Positions 19,673 to 28,549 of a DNA stretch of 64,000 nucleotides are shown piece by piece (the stretch's first letter is position 1; each line of letters opens with the position of its first letter). The DNA lies in NCBI GenBank assembly GCA_033791445.1, contig JASJGS010000044.1, positions 833-64,832 on the forward strand, in the 5' to 3' direction. Below the pieces are notes generated by a model, which was not told where the DNA came from, ran no database searches, and was given only the letters and a program-made list of their open reading frames with translations. This stretch comes from Bacteroidales bacterium. GTDB taxonomy: Bacteria > Bacteroidota > Bacteroidia > Bacteroidales > VadinHA17. A program made the position numbers and the translations under genes.

Positions 19673-21004
19673 ATGAAAGTACAGAAGTTTGGTGGTACAT
19701 CACTTGGAACTCCGGAAAGTATGCTGCATATCTCCAATATTATTAATGACGGAGAACAAAAGATTGTGGTACTTTCTGCCATTGCCGGAACAACCAATAA
19801 ACTCATTTATATTATTGATCTTGTAAAGAAGTACCAAATTAAAGAAGCGCTGGTGAAGATACTAGAACTTAAATATGAATATGAAAAATATATTTCGGTA
19901 TTATTTACTAGCAAAGATCACCTTTCACAGTTAGAAGCCCTTATTGCAAAAAGTTTCGAAAAGTTATATGCTCTGAATGCCGAGGACTTAACAGATGAGT
20001 ATGAAAGAGAAATCCTCGCGCAGGGGGAATTGCTCTCATCTGAGATTTTTCATTTTTTATTAGAAACGCTGGGGCAGAATTCCAGGTTAATTTATGCATT
20101 AAATTTTATGCGTACAGATAAGGATTGTGAACCGGATATGTATTATATTAAAAGTAATATTAAGAAATGTATGCATAGTGCTCCGGAGGCGGAGGTATAT
20201 ATAACACAGGGCTATATCTGCAGAAATTATTTTGGTGAGATAGATAATCTTGGAAGAGATGGGAGTGACTATTCAGCAAGTTTAATAGGTTCTGTTTTAG
20301 ATGTTAATGAGATCCAAATCTGGACCGATGTTGATGGAGTGCATAATAATGATCCCAGAATGGTGTCTTCAACAATGCCTATTAAAGAACTATCCTACAG
20401 GGAGGCAGCTGAATTGTCTTATTTTGGTGCTGCTATCTTACATCCGAAATGTGTATTTCCTGCACAGGTAAAAAACATACCGCTCAAACTTAAAAACACC
20501 TTTAAATCCGATGCACCTGGAACATTAATATCCTCTACCTCAAGAAGAGATAAAGTTAAATCAGTGGCTGCAAAGGATGGGATTATAGCCATTCGGATAC
20601 GGTCAGCCAGAATGCTCATGGCCTATGGTTTCCTGAGAAAAGTTTTCCAGGTTTTTGAGGACCATGAAACCCCCATTGATATGATCTCAACTTCAGAGAT
20701 TAGTGTTTCCTTAACCATCGATAACCCGAAGAACCTTGACACCATCCTGGCAGATTTAATAAAGTTCGGGGAGGTTGAATACGATCTTGACCAGACTATT
20801 GTTTGTGTGGTGGGCGATTTTATGGCGGAGGAAACAGGGATGGCAAGAACTGTACTGGATGCATTTAAAGACATACCAGTCCGGATGATTTCATATGGCG
20901 GAAGTATGAATAATATATCATTATTGGTGAAATCAGCCGATAAAAAGAGATCACTTGAATCTCTGCATCAGAAATTTTTCAACAAACATTTCAGCTATGC
21001 TTAA
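19673..21004 (+). CDS. lysC: Aspartate kinase
   Basis: 443 aa. N-terminal MKVQKFGGTSLG (KFGGTS motif), amino-acid kinase core and two C-terminal ACT-like repeats. Confidence 0.9.
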   Translation: MKVQKFGGTSLGTPESMLHISNIINDGEQKIVVLSAIAGTTNKLIYIIDLVKKYQIKEALVKILELKYEYEKYISVLFTSKDHLSQLEALIAKSFEKLYALNAEDLTDEYEREILAQGELLSSEIFHFLLETLGQNSRLIYALNFMRTDKDCEPDMYYIKSNIKKCMHSAPEAEVYITQGYICRNYFGEIDNLGRDGSDYSASLIGSVLDVNEIQIWTDVDGVHNNDPRMVSSTMPIKELSYREAAELSYFGAAILHPKCVFPAQVKNIPLKLKNTFKSDAPGTLISSTSRRDKVKSVAAKDGIIAIRIRSARMLMAYGFLRKVFQVFEDHETPIDMISTSEISVSLTIDNPKNLDTILADLIKFGEVEYDLDQTIVCVVGDFMAEETGMARTVLDAFKDIPVRMISYGGSMNNISLLVKSADKKRSLESLHQKFFNKHFSYA

Positions 21005-22226
21005 AAAAATAGATATCAATGCATTTGAAGGAAAGGAAACGCCTTTTTATTATTATGATTTAGACTTGCTACAAACTACTGTTGATCGGTTAAAGAAGGA
21101 ATCTGAGAAGTACGATTATACAGTTCATTATGCACTGAAAGCCAATACAGATGATAGGGTCCTTCAGATAATTAGTGAAGCTGGTTTTGGTGCAGATTGT
21201 GTAAGTGGGAATGAGGTGAAGAAAGCACTGGAACATAATTTTTCGCCTGAAGATATATATTATGCAGGGGTGGGCAAAACCGATACCGAGATTCGAGCTG
21301 CCTTGATTGGAAATATAGGATGTTTTAACTGTGAATCCAAACAGGAGATTGGTGTAATTAGCCAGATTGCATCGAAGATGGGTGTAATCGCAAAAATTGC
21401 CTTGAGAATTAACCCTCATATAAATAGTAAATCCCATGCTTACATAACCACAGGAATAGAGGAAAATAAGTTTGGCATTCAATTGTGGGAGTTGGATGAA
21501 GTTTTATCTGCAGTCAGTACTCTTGAGAACGTGGAACTCATTGGCCTTCATTTTCATATTGGTTCACAAATAGCGGACCTGTCAGTCTTTAAAGAGCTTT
21601 GCCTAAAGGTAAATGAGGTAAATGAATATATTGGAGGCAAAGGTTTTAATCTTTCAATATTAAACCTGGGTGGTGGTTTGGGTATCGATTATGTAAATCC
21701 TGAATTAAATTCGATTCCTGATTTCGGGAAGTTTTTTGAAACTATCCATCAGACTTTAAAAGTGAAGCCCTTGCAGCATGTTCATTTCGAATTAGGCCGT
21801 TCGGTAGTTGCACATATGGGGACTTTAATTGCTAAGGTTTTGTTTATTAAAAATGGAAGAAGCAAGAGTTTTGCTGTAGTTGATGCAGGTATGACAGAAC
21901 TTATCCGACCTGCTTTGTATAACTCCGTTCACAAAATTGACAATTTGACGCAAAATGAGATAGGTGTGGCTGGAACCAAGGATGATAATTTATACGATAT
22001 TGTTGGGCCAGTTTGCGAAACCACTGATTTTCTTGGAAGAGATATTTCATTGCCTTCTACATTTCGTGGGGACTTGTTGGCTGTATGGAGTGTAGGTGCC
22101 TATGGTCAGTCCATGGCCTCAAATTATAATCTTCGAGAGAGGGCAGGGGTAGTATATTCTGATGAACTTTTGATAGATACGGGGCAGGAGGAGGTATCTA
22201 AGCAAAGGATCCAGGCAAATACTTAA
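20997..22226 (+). CDS. lysA: Diaminopimelate decarboxylase
   Basis: Group IV PLP decarboxylase blocks YALKAN, LGGGLGI and GPVCETTD. I prefer the ATG at 20997 (MLKKIDINAFEGKETPFYYYDL) over the track start at 20955. That gives an 8-nt ATGCTTAA overlap with the lysC stop. Confidence 0.9.
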   Translation: MLKKIDINAFEGKETPFYYYDLDLLQTTVDRLKKESEKYDYTVHYALKANTDDRVLQIISEAGFGADCVSGNEVKKALEHNFSPEDIYYAGVGKTDTEIRAALIGNIGCFNCESKQEIGVISQIASKMGVIAKIALRINPHINSKSHAYITTGIEENKFGIQLWELDEVLSAVSTLENVELIGLHFHIGSQIADLSVFKELCLKVNEVNEYIGGKGFNLSILNLGGGLGIDYVNPELNSIPDFGKFFETIHQTLKVKPLQHVHFELGRSVVAHMGTLIAKVLFIKNGRSKSFAVVDAGMTELIRPALYNSVHKIDNLTQNEIGVAGTKDDNLYDIVGPVCETTDFLGRDISLPSTFRGDLLAVWSVGAYGQSMASNYNLRERAGVVYSDELLIDTGQEEVSKQRIQANT

Positions 22227-22263
22227 TTGGATTTCTTAAAAATTATTGAGATCAATAATAAAC

Positions 22264-22305
22264 GTAAACAGGAAAGAATTCCAGGAGGATATCTTCTCTG
22301 TTTAC
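22264..22305. repeat. Inverted repeat between convergent genes (possible bidirectional terminator)
   Basis: GTAAACAG (22264-22271) and CTGTTTAC (22298-22305) flank a partly self-complementary segment. It lies between the lysA stop and the stop of the minus-strand ORF 22354-22851. No clear U-tract. Confidence 0.25.
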
Positions 22306-22353
22306 TACTCATAACCCCATTTATACAAAAATGGCGGTCCCCAATATTTTTAA

Positions 22354-22851
22354 TTAACTAATGTTGCAGGCAAATACCTTTTCCATATCTATTAAAAGCA
22401 TCGGATAATAAGCTGCAATTAAACCAAGGCACCCTTTCAGGCTTTTTTCATTCTTGTCTCTTGTTATAACCTTTTGATAAAAATAGGACGACTTATCAAG
22501 TATGTTTGCATCTGTCACAAAACCCTGGTTGTTTAGTCCTTTATTGTGTGTCAGAACACCAAAATATTCCTTATAACATATATATTGAACAGATAGTTTA
22601 TCAGTGAACACAATATACCTGCAGCAATCCTCTTCGGTTCGAACAGCCACAGAGACTGTCTTTGCAGAATTTTCATATGAGATGGTGTAGGTGTCCAACT
22701 TATATCCATCAAGAACTACCAGCTCAGATGACTTTTCAATGATAAAACCACCCAAGGCACAATTCGTAGTCCCTTTTAGAACAACTGTTTTTGCAGGGAA
22801 GGAAAAGGAGATCATTAGGATCAAAATAAAATAACTAATTAAATGTTTCAT
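22354..22851 (-). CDS. Hypothetical secreted Cys-containing protein
   Basis: The track ORF starts with TTG at 22884. The ATG at 22851 gives MKHLISYFILILMISFSFPA, a signal peptide. No family recognised. Confidence 0.4.
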   Translation of the reverse strand: MKHLISYFILILMISFSFPAKTVVLKGTTNCALGGFIIEKSSELVVLDGYKLDTYTISYENSAKTVSVAVRTEEDCCRYIVFTDKLSVQYICYKEYFGVLTHNKGLNNQGFVTDANILDKSSYFYQKVITRDKNEKSLKGCLGLIAAYYPMLLIDMEKVFACNIS

Positions 22852-23085
22852 GGCTGCTAATTTTAATAAATAAATAGAAATCAAATAAATATATCTCTTG
22901 GTTCTGCTATCTTGTAGCTTAAGCTTCTATTTAATACTAAAATGAACGATGTTTATTAATAATACAACAACCTATGTTGCATTTAATGGAGCATATGTTA
23001 CATTTTGGAAGGAATGATAAAGATTTGACCCTGATTGGTAAATTGTTAGGCCAATTTTAAAGTTTAGAAATTGGATGTCAAAATA

Positions 23086-23889
23086 TTATTGCTTTTCTAT
23101 TTGAGGAATAATAGAACGATTAGTAATAAGATTTTTAAGAGCTTTTAGCATCATTTTCCATGTAGGACTAAAGTTAATACTAGTGCCCTGTTTTCTTGAT
23201 TTTAGCATTTTACTTGCTAACCATGGTGTAACTACTTCGACTTTTTCAGCCATCAGGTTAAAGACTTTTATAGTAGTCTTATATTCCGGATTATCCTTAT
23301 GAATTGGTTGCAACAATAGGTCCGTTACCACCATTCCCGGGGCAATAGTTCCTACTAAAACTGGTGACTTCTCGATTTCCTTTACGAAAGAACCAGTAAA
23401 ATAAGTGACAGCTGATTTTGTAGTACCATAGACTGAAAGTTTTTTTCGCTTCATGCCATTGCTGCCGAAACCCTCCATATTAAAAATTTTCCCATAGCCT
23501 TGCGCGGCCATTCCGTTGTATGCAACCTGGCAGCCATAAATAAGGCCCGTTATATTGGTATTTACGATACTCCTTACTTTATCCTTTTCAAGTTCCCAAA
23601 TATATTTATAGTCTTGTCCCTGCCCAGCATTATTGACCCAGATATCTACTTTGCTGTATTTCTCTATAGCCAGATTCCATAGCTTTTGGATATCATCATT
23701 CTGGGTAACATCACACACAATCCCCTGGATACGCTTTTTTTCATAGGATTTTTCTAGGTCTATTATAGCCTGGTTCAAAACTTCTTCTGATCGACCAGAG
23801 ATGCTTACCGAGCAACCTAAGTCAAGAAAGGATTTGGCCAATCCTAAACCGATTCCTCGAGAACTACCAGTTATAATAATATGTTTCAT
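23086..23889 (-). CDS. Classical short-chain dehydrogenase/reductase (SDR)
   Basis: 267 aa. TGSSRGIGLG (TGxxxGxG), NNAG and YGTTKSAV (YxxxK). Its start codon overlaps the hyaD stop (ATGA at 23886-23889). Confidence 0.85.
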   Translation of the reverse strand: MKHIIITGSSRGIGLGLAKSFLDLGCSVSISGRSEEVLNQAIIDLEKSYEKKRIQGIVCDVTQNDDIQKLWNLAIEKYSKVDIWVNNAGQGQDYKYIWELEKDKVRSIVNTNITGLIYGCQVAYNGMAAQGYGKIFNMEGFGSNGMKRKKLSVYGTTKSAVTYFTGSFVKEIEKSPVLVGTIAPGMVVTDLLLQPIHKDNPEYKTTIKVFNLMAEKVEVVTPWLASKMLKSRKQGTSINFSPTWKMMLKALKNLITNRSIIPQIEKQ

Positions 23890-24356
23890 AAGGAAAGAAT
23901 TTGTTTTACCTGGGATATTATTTGGGGAATTGAATTCTGGATTTTGCTGGACAGTTCCATGCCAATATCCTGGTCGGGACTAATGGTAATGGTGATAAGG
24001 TAAATTTTTGGTAAAGAATCCAGCAGGATCGCGGAGTCTATTAAATCTTTCAGGCCTATGTCGTGCGAAGAAAGAGCTTTTGGGAAATCCTTTGAGAATT
24101 TAGGTTCAATAAGATTAACGTTGCCAATTGGGCTTTTATCCAGGCTGGCATCAATCATGATGATTGTGTTATATTCTTGCAACAGTGATAAAATGTGAAA
24201 GCCCCCGGTCCCTCCATCCAGAAGGTGAATGTATTCAGGCCATTCCATTCTTTCCATTTCCTGAATGGCATGAACTCCAATACCTTCATCCTGCAATAGG
24301 ATATTGCCGATACCTAGTACTAATATATTTTCTTTTGGAGTTTTGTTTTTTGACAT
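23886..24356 (-). CDS. hyaD: Hydrogenase maturation endopeptidase (HyaD/HybD family)
   Basis: 156 aa. VLGIGNILLQDEGIGVHA signature. Confidence 0.9.
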   Translation of the reverse strand: MSKNKTPKENILVLGIGNILLQDEGIGVHAIQEMERMEWPEYIHLLDGGTGGFHILSLLQEYNTIIMIDASLDKSPIGNVNLIEPKFSKDFPKALSSHDIGLKDLIDSAILLDSLPKIYLITITISPDQDIGMELSSKIQNSIPQIISQVKQILSL

Positions 24357-24416
24357 GCCTGAGCTTTCTATTTGAAATGGTTGTCGAATATATTAATTCG
24401 TTTCTTTAAATACAAT

Positions 24417-24451
24417 GAAAAACAAAGAATCCCGGGAAACCGGGATTCTTT
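24417..24451 (-). terminator. Rho-independent terminator/attenuator between hyaC and hyaD
   Basis: Perfect 12-bp stem AAAGAATCCCGG / CCGGGATTCTTT (24424-24451) with a 4-nt loop. On the minus-strand RNA it is followed by GUUUUUC (24423-24417). It lies about 40 nt after the hyaC stop. Confidence 0.6.
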
Positions 24452-24491
24452 ACTAATCAAGCAATTGTAACTTAAACTAAAGTTTTCCAGT

Positions 24492-25205
24492 TTAAGAATC
24501 CTTTTCATTTTCATCGTCCTCCGGAACTTCAATAAATTTCCAGCCCCCAATCATAGAGGATGTTACACCGTTCCTCTCTATATAATCATGATAAAAAACG
24601 AGGTAAATATGTACCATGGAGAAGATAATAAATATCCACATTAATAGGTGATGAATATGCCTAGCTATCATATCACCTCCTACCAGTGGTACAAACCAGG
24701 AAAATAACTTTGGGAACCAAGAAGGACTCATAGCAGCGTACAAACCAAATCCTGTAAGGCATTGGAAAACGAATGCTATAAAGATGATGAAATAACTTGT
24801 GCTGGCAAGCGCATTATGACCTACTGTTTCATAGGGTCCAAGTTTGAATTGAAAAATATCTACTTTCATTACTTCCCAGATTCCTTTCCAGTGTTTTTTC
24901 CTAAAAGGAATATAATTATCCCATTTGGCATATTCATTTCCGACAAATCCCCAGTAGAGTCTGAAAATGAAATTAAAGAAGAAAACATAACCGGCTATAA
25001 AATGTATCGTCCGGTTAATCCCAAACCAGTAACTGAATGATGCCTCTGCTCCGTTCTGGATAGCCAGTGGAGCACCAATCAGGTATCCAGTCAAGCATAA
25101 AACCAGAATGGCCAAAGCATTTACCCAGTGAAATATTCTCACCGGCTGCTGCCAGACATATACGAGTTTGAGTTTCGGATCTAATTTGAGAATATTCTGT
25201 TCCAT
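24492..25205 (-). CDS. hyaC: [NiFe]-hydrogenase b-type cytochrome membrane subunit
   Basis: 237 aa with four TM helices. N-terminal VYVWQQPVRIFHWVNALAILVLCLTGYLIG matches the HyaC/HupC pattern. Sits immediately downstream of the large subunit. Confidence 0.85.
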   Translation of the reverse strand: MEQNILKLDPKLKLVYVWQQPVRIFHWVNALAILVLCLTGYLIGAPLAIQNGAEASFSYWFGINRTIHFIAGYVFFFNFIFRLYWGFVGNEYAKWDNYIPFRKKHWKGIWEVMKVDIFQFKLGPYETVGHNALASTSYFIIFIAFVFQCLTGFGLYAAMSPSWFPKLFSWFVPLVGGDMIARHIHHLLMWIFIIFSMVHIYLVFYHDYIERNGVTSSMIGGWKFIEVPEDDENEKDS

Positions 25206-25208
25206 AAC

Positions 25209-26930
25209 TCAAAATGTTTGAATTTGATGAACATAAGTTCCTTTCTCGTCATACACATGCACAGCGCAGGCTATGCAGGGATCGAATGAATGGATGGTCC
25301 TTAAAATCTCAAGTGGATTCTCTGGATCAGCAATAGGCGTTCCAATTAAAGATGCTTCATAGGCAGACATCTGACCATTTGGATCTCGTGGTGATGCATT
25401 CCATGTACTTGGAACAACCAGCTGGTAATTGTCTATTTTCTCATTCTTTATCTTTATCCAGTGAGCCAGAGCTCCTCTTGGAGCTTCTGATAAACCAACT
25501 CCCTTGGCCTCCAATGGCCAGCTTTTAGGATTCCATTTTTCAGAATTAAACGTAGATGTGATACCATTCTTAATATTATCCAGTAGCTGATTATAAAATT
25601 CCATTGACCATTTTGCTACCAGTTTAGTTTCGAGACCACGGGCTGCTGTTCTCCCTAGAGTTGAGAAAAGTGCATCAACCGGAGCATCTAGCGCTTCCAG
25701 TCCATAGTGTACCACTTCTTTTATTTCCTCATTACCGGCTGCATAGCCAACCAACAAGCGAGATAAGGGCCCAACTTCCATAGCGTGTCCTTTCCAACGA
25801 GGCGTTTTTAACCAACTATATTTTTCATCCACATTAAGGAAATCATAGGGAGGCTTGGGGCCGGTGTAATTTAACTCTGTTTCTCCATCCCAAGGATGAA
25901 GACCCTTGTCATCGCCACCGGAGTAATTATACCAGGAATTTTTTATGAATTCCTGAACCTGATCTCCATCTGTACCGTCCACTTCATGCAATTCATTTAA
26001 ATTACGACCCAAAACTGCCCCTCTGGGAAATTTGAAACTCGCCACATCGCCATATCCGTTTGTGGGTAAGTCGCCATAGGATAAGTAGTTTGGTAAGCCT
26101 CCTCCAATAGCAGCCCAATCGGATTTGTAAAATCCAGCAATTGCTACTAGATCAGGAATATATACTTGCTCTACAAAGGTTTTGGCATCTTCGAAGAGTT
26201 TGCCAACCAGGGCAAGTCTTTCAGCATTCAGTGCATTGTTTTCATCAATGTTTATTGAGCAGGGAACTCCACCAACCAGGTAATTGGGATGTGGGTTTTT
26301 CCCACCAAATACGGTGTGTACTTTAACTATTTCTTTCTGCCATTCCAGGGCTTCAAGATAGTGGGCCACTCCAATTAAATTGACTTCTGGGGGCAATTTG
26401 TAGGCCTTGTGCCCCCAATAACCATTGGCAAAAATCCCAAGCTGGCCGCTTTCCACAAAAGATTTTATTCTTTTCTGGATATCAGAAAAATAGCCAAACG
26501 AACTTTTTGGCCAATTTGAAATGCTTTGTGCAATTTCTGAAGTAGCTTTTGGGTCGGCTTTCAGGCAGGAAACTACATCTACCCAATCGAGCGCATGTAG
26601 ATGATAGAAATGTACTACATGATCCTGCATATACTGTGCACAGAACATCAGGTTTCTAATCAACTCTGCATTTTGGGGAATAACAATACCCAAAGCATCT
26701 TCAACGGAACGAACGGAAGCCAGGGCATGCACTGTGGTACATACACCACAAACTCTTTCTACAAATGCCCAGGCATCTCTGGGATCACGGTTTTTGAGGA
26801 TGAGTTCCAGTCCCCGAACCATGGTCCCGGAGCTGTATGCATCAACAATTTTACCATCTTTTATTTCAGCCTCCACTCTAAGGTGGCCTTCAATTCGTGT
26901 TACAGGATCAACAACTATTCTGTTTGCCAT
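25209..26930 (-). CDS. hyaB: [NiFe]-hydrogenase large subunit (group 1, membrane-bound uptake type)
   Basis: N-terminal RIEGH and ERVCGVCTTVHA. C-terminal DPCIACAVH followed by a 15-aa extension (protease substrate). I prefer the start at ATG 26930 (MANRIVVDPVTRIEGHL), which is preceded by AAAGGAGGTCAAA. Confidence 0.95.
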   Translation of the reverse strand: MANRIVVDPVTRIEGHLRVEAEIKDGKIVDAYSSGTMVRGLELILKNRDPRDAWAFVERVCGVCTTVHALASVRSVEDALGIVIPQNAELIRNLMFCAQYMQDHVVHFYHLHALDWVDVVSCLKADPKATSEIAQSISNWPKSSFGYFSDIQKRIKSFVESGQLGIFANGYWGHKAYKLPPEVNLIGVAHYLEALEWQKEIVKVHTVFGGKNPHPNYLVGGVPCSINIDENNALNAERLALVGKLFEDAKTFVEQVYIPDLVAIAGFYKSDWAAIGGGLPNYLSYGDLPTNGYGDVASFKFPRGAVLGRNLNELHEVDGTDGDQVQEFIKNSWYNYSGGDDKGLHPWDGETELNYTGPKPPYDFLNVDEKYSWLKTPRWKGHAMEVGPLSRLLVGYAAGNEEIKEVVHYGLEALDAPVDALFSTLGRTAARGLETKLVAKWSMEFYNQLLDNIKNGITSTFNSEKWNPKSWPLEAKGVGLSEAPRGALAHWIKIKNEKIDNYQLVVPSTWNASPRDPNGQMSAYEASLIGTPIADPENPLEILRTIHSFDPCIACAVHVYDEKGTYVHQIQTF

Positions 26931-26943
26931 TTTGACCTCCTTT

Positions 26944-28053
26944 TTAAGTGTTTTGATTTTCCATTTCAATTTCCCTCATGCCCTTATTGACAAGTCTTCT
27001 TTTTCGAATGTTTGTCATAACCGCATGAGCGCCAAGTGCAACACCTGTAGCAATACCCAATCCAAGTCCTACTTTATCTGATGTGCTTTCAATACCAAAG
27101 CCAGGGAATGACTTTAGATGTTGATAGAATGGGCCATCATCCCAGAAGTTTGCTTCACTGCAACCAATGCAAGGGTGTCCTGACTGAATTGGAAAGCTTA
27201 CACCGTTATTCCACTTTATAACACCACATGAATTATAGGTATTTGGTCCCCTGCAACCCATTTTATACAGGCAGTAACCTCTTTTTGCATTTTCATCATC
27301 AAAAGTCTGAACGAATAATCCTGCATCATAATTTGGACGACGATAGCAGGTATCATGCACTCTTCTTGAATAGAATGCTTTGGGTCTGTTCAGGCTATCC
27401 AGGGCCGGGATGCGGCCAAAAGTCAAAATATGAACGAGTACTCCCGCCATAACTTCAGCAATGGGCGGGCAACCTTGTACATTTATAAGCGGTTTTCCAT
27501 GTACCAGTTTATGTATAGGTGTGGCTCCAGTAGGATTGGGATTGGCTGCCTGGACACATCCAGAAGATGCACAATTCCCCCAGGCTATGACAGCACTGGC
27601 TCCTTCAGCGGTTTCTTTCAGTATATCGACAGCGGATTTACCACCAATACAGCAGTATATACCATCCTCCTTTGTTGGAACTGAACCTTCCACAAGGAGT
27701 ATGTATTCCCCCTTGTAGTTCTGCATGGTATCATGCAAGGATTTTTCGGCTTGATGGCCGGCTGCTGCCATGAGGGTCTCGGTATAATCCAGAGAAATCT
27801 TGTCGAGGACGATATCACTCACAATTGGGTGAGATGACCTGATAAATGATTCACTGCAACAGGTACATTCCTGGAAATGCATCCAAATTACAGGCAAGCG
27901 AGCTTTGGTTTCCAGAGCCTTTGCAATTTGAGATGCTCCAGTAGCCTCCAGTCCAAGCCAGGCACTCATTAGTCCGCAAAAAGTCAGGAATTCTCGACGC
28001 GAGTACCCTTTTTCCTGCAGCTCTTCGTAAACAGTTGGACGTTTGTTGTTCAT
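26944..28053 (-). CDS. hyaA: [NiFe]-hydrogenase small subunit, Tat signal, C-terminal membrane anchor
   Basis: 369 aa. Twin-arginine SRREFLTF, ECTCCSES, WGNCASSGCVQAANPNPTGA and GHPCIGCSE. C-terminal hydrophobic helix. AAGGAGG lies 5 nt before the ATG. Confidence 0.95.
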   Translation of the reverse strand: MNNKRPTVYEELQEKGYSRREFLTFCGLMSAWLGLEATGASQIAKALETKARLPVIWMHFQECTCCSESFIRSSHPIVSDIVLDKISLDYTETLMAAAGHQAEKSLHDTMQNYKGEYILLVEGSVPTKEDGIYCCIGGKSAVDILKETAEGASAVIAWGNCASSGCVQAANPNPTGATPIHKLVHGKPLINVQGCPPIAEVMAGVLVHILTFGRIPALDSLNRPKAFYSRRVHDTCYRRPNYDAGLFVQTFDDENAKRGYCLYKMGCRGPNTYNSCGVIKWNNGVSFPIQSGHPCIGCSEANFWDDGPFYQHLKSFPGFGIESTSDKVGLGLGIATGVALGAHAVMTNIRKRRLVNKGMREIEMENQNT

Positions 28054-28090
28054 GTTTGCCTCCTTAATTGGTTAAATTACTAATTGAGTT

Positions 28091-28318
28091 TTATTTTAGA
28101 CTTTTTGATTCTTTCAGATCAATCTTATACACTCCCTTAACCCTAAATTGCCCTTCGACCATTACTTTATCACCCAAATTATAATCACCGGGTTCTGTAA
28201 TATTTAACAGAATCCATTCTGGTTTGCAAATTATTTTAATAGTGGTAGATTCATCCTGGTCTAATATTTCCAGAATTTCACCTTTCAGAGAGAAAGTATC
28301 TGCCTTCATTGCAGACAT
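28091..28318 (-). CDS. Small hypothetical protein (75 aa), first cistron downstream of the sigma54 promoter
   Basis: The ORF starts about 35 nt downstream of the -12 element and ends 37 nt before hyaA. The translation looks beta-rich and non-repetitive. No family recognised. Confidence 0.4.
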   Translation of the reverse strand: MSAMKADTFSLKGEILEILDQDESTTIKIICKPEWILLNITEPGDYNLGDKVMVEGQFRVKGVYKIDLKESKSLK

Positions 28319-28353
28319 AATTAAATGCTTAGGGTTTAATGGAATAGTTTAAG

Positions 28354-28368
28354 GCAACTTGTGTGCCA
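28354..28368 (-). promoter_or_regulatory. Sigma54 (-24/-12) promoter of the hydrogenase operon
   Basis: The minus strand reads TGGCACacaagTTGC. This matches the consensus TGGCAC-N5-TTGC with correct GG/GC spacing. It lies about 35 nt upstream of the ATG at 28318, and a bEBP gene is adjacent. Confidence 0.7.
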
Positions 28369-28470
28369 TGATTTATGTGTATTCTATATTCAATTGTACT
28401 TCTCAATACAGTTGGTCATTTAGCAGGTATTTGATTTTAATACAAATGGATTTCTTGTCTGAAAATTATT

Positions 28471-28498
28471 TCTAATCTGCGGATTTCCGCAGATTAGA
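28471..28498. promoter_or_regulatory. Perfect 13+2+13 palindrome: candidate enhancer (UAS) for the bEBP, or alternatively the terminator of the bEBP gene
   Basis: TCTAATCTGCGGA-tt-TCCGCAGATTAGA, read directly. Its centre is about 118 bp upstream of the -24 element and about 50 nt downstream of the bEBP stop codon. Confidence 0.5.
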
Positions 28499-28549
28499 CT
28501 ACATGATTCCGTTGATGTTTTGTAAGGTGTGAATTAACTGATGTTGAAT

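Noticed and set aside
20955-20996. Upstream extension of the lysA ORF (MNLCIRNFSTNISA...).
   Set aside because: It lies entirely inside the lysC 3' end. The ATG at 20997 gives a typical LysA N-terminus and an ATGCTTAA coupling overlap.
26931-26969. 13-codon N-terminal extension of hyaB (MKWKIKTLKKEVK).
   Set aside because: It overlaps the hyaA 3' end. The internal ATG at 26930 has a strong SD and yields the canonical MANRIVVDPVTRIEGH N-terminus.
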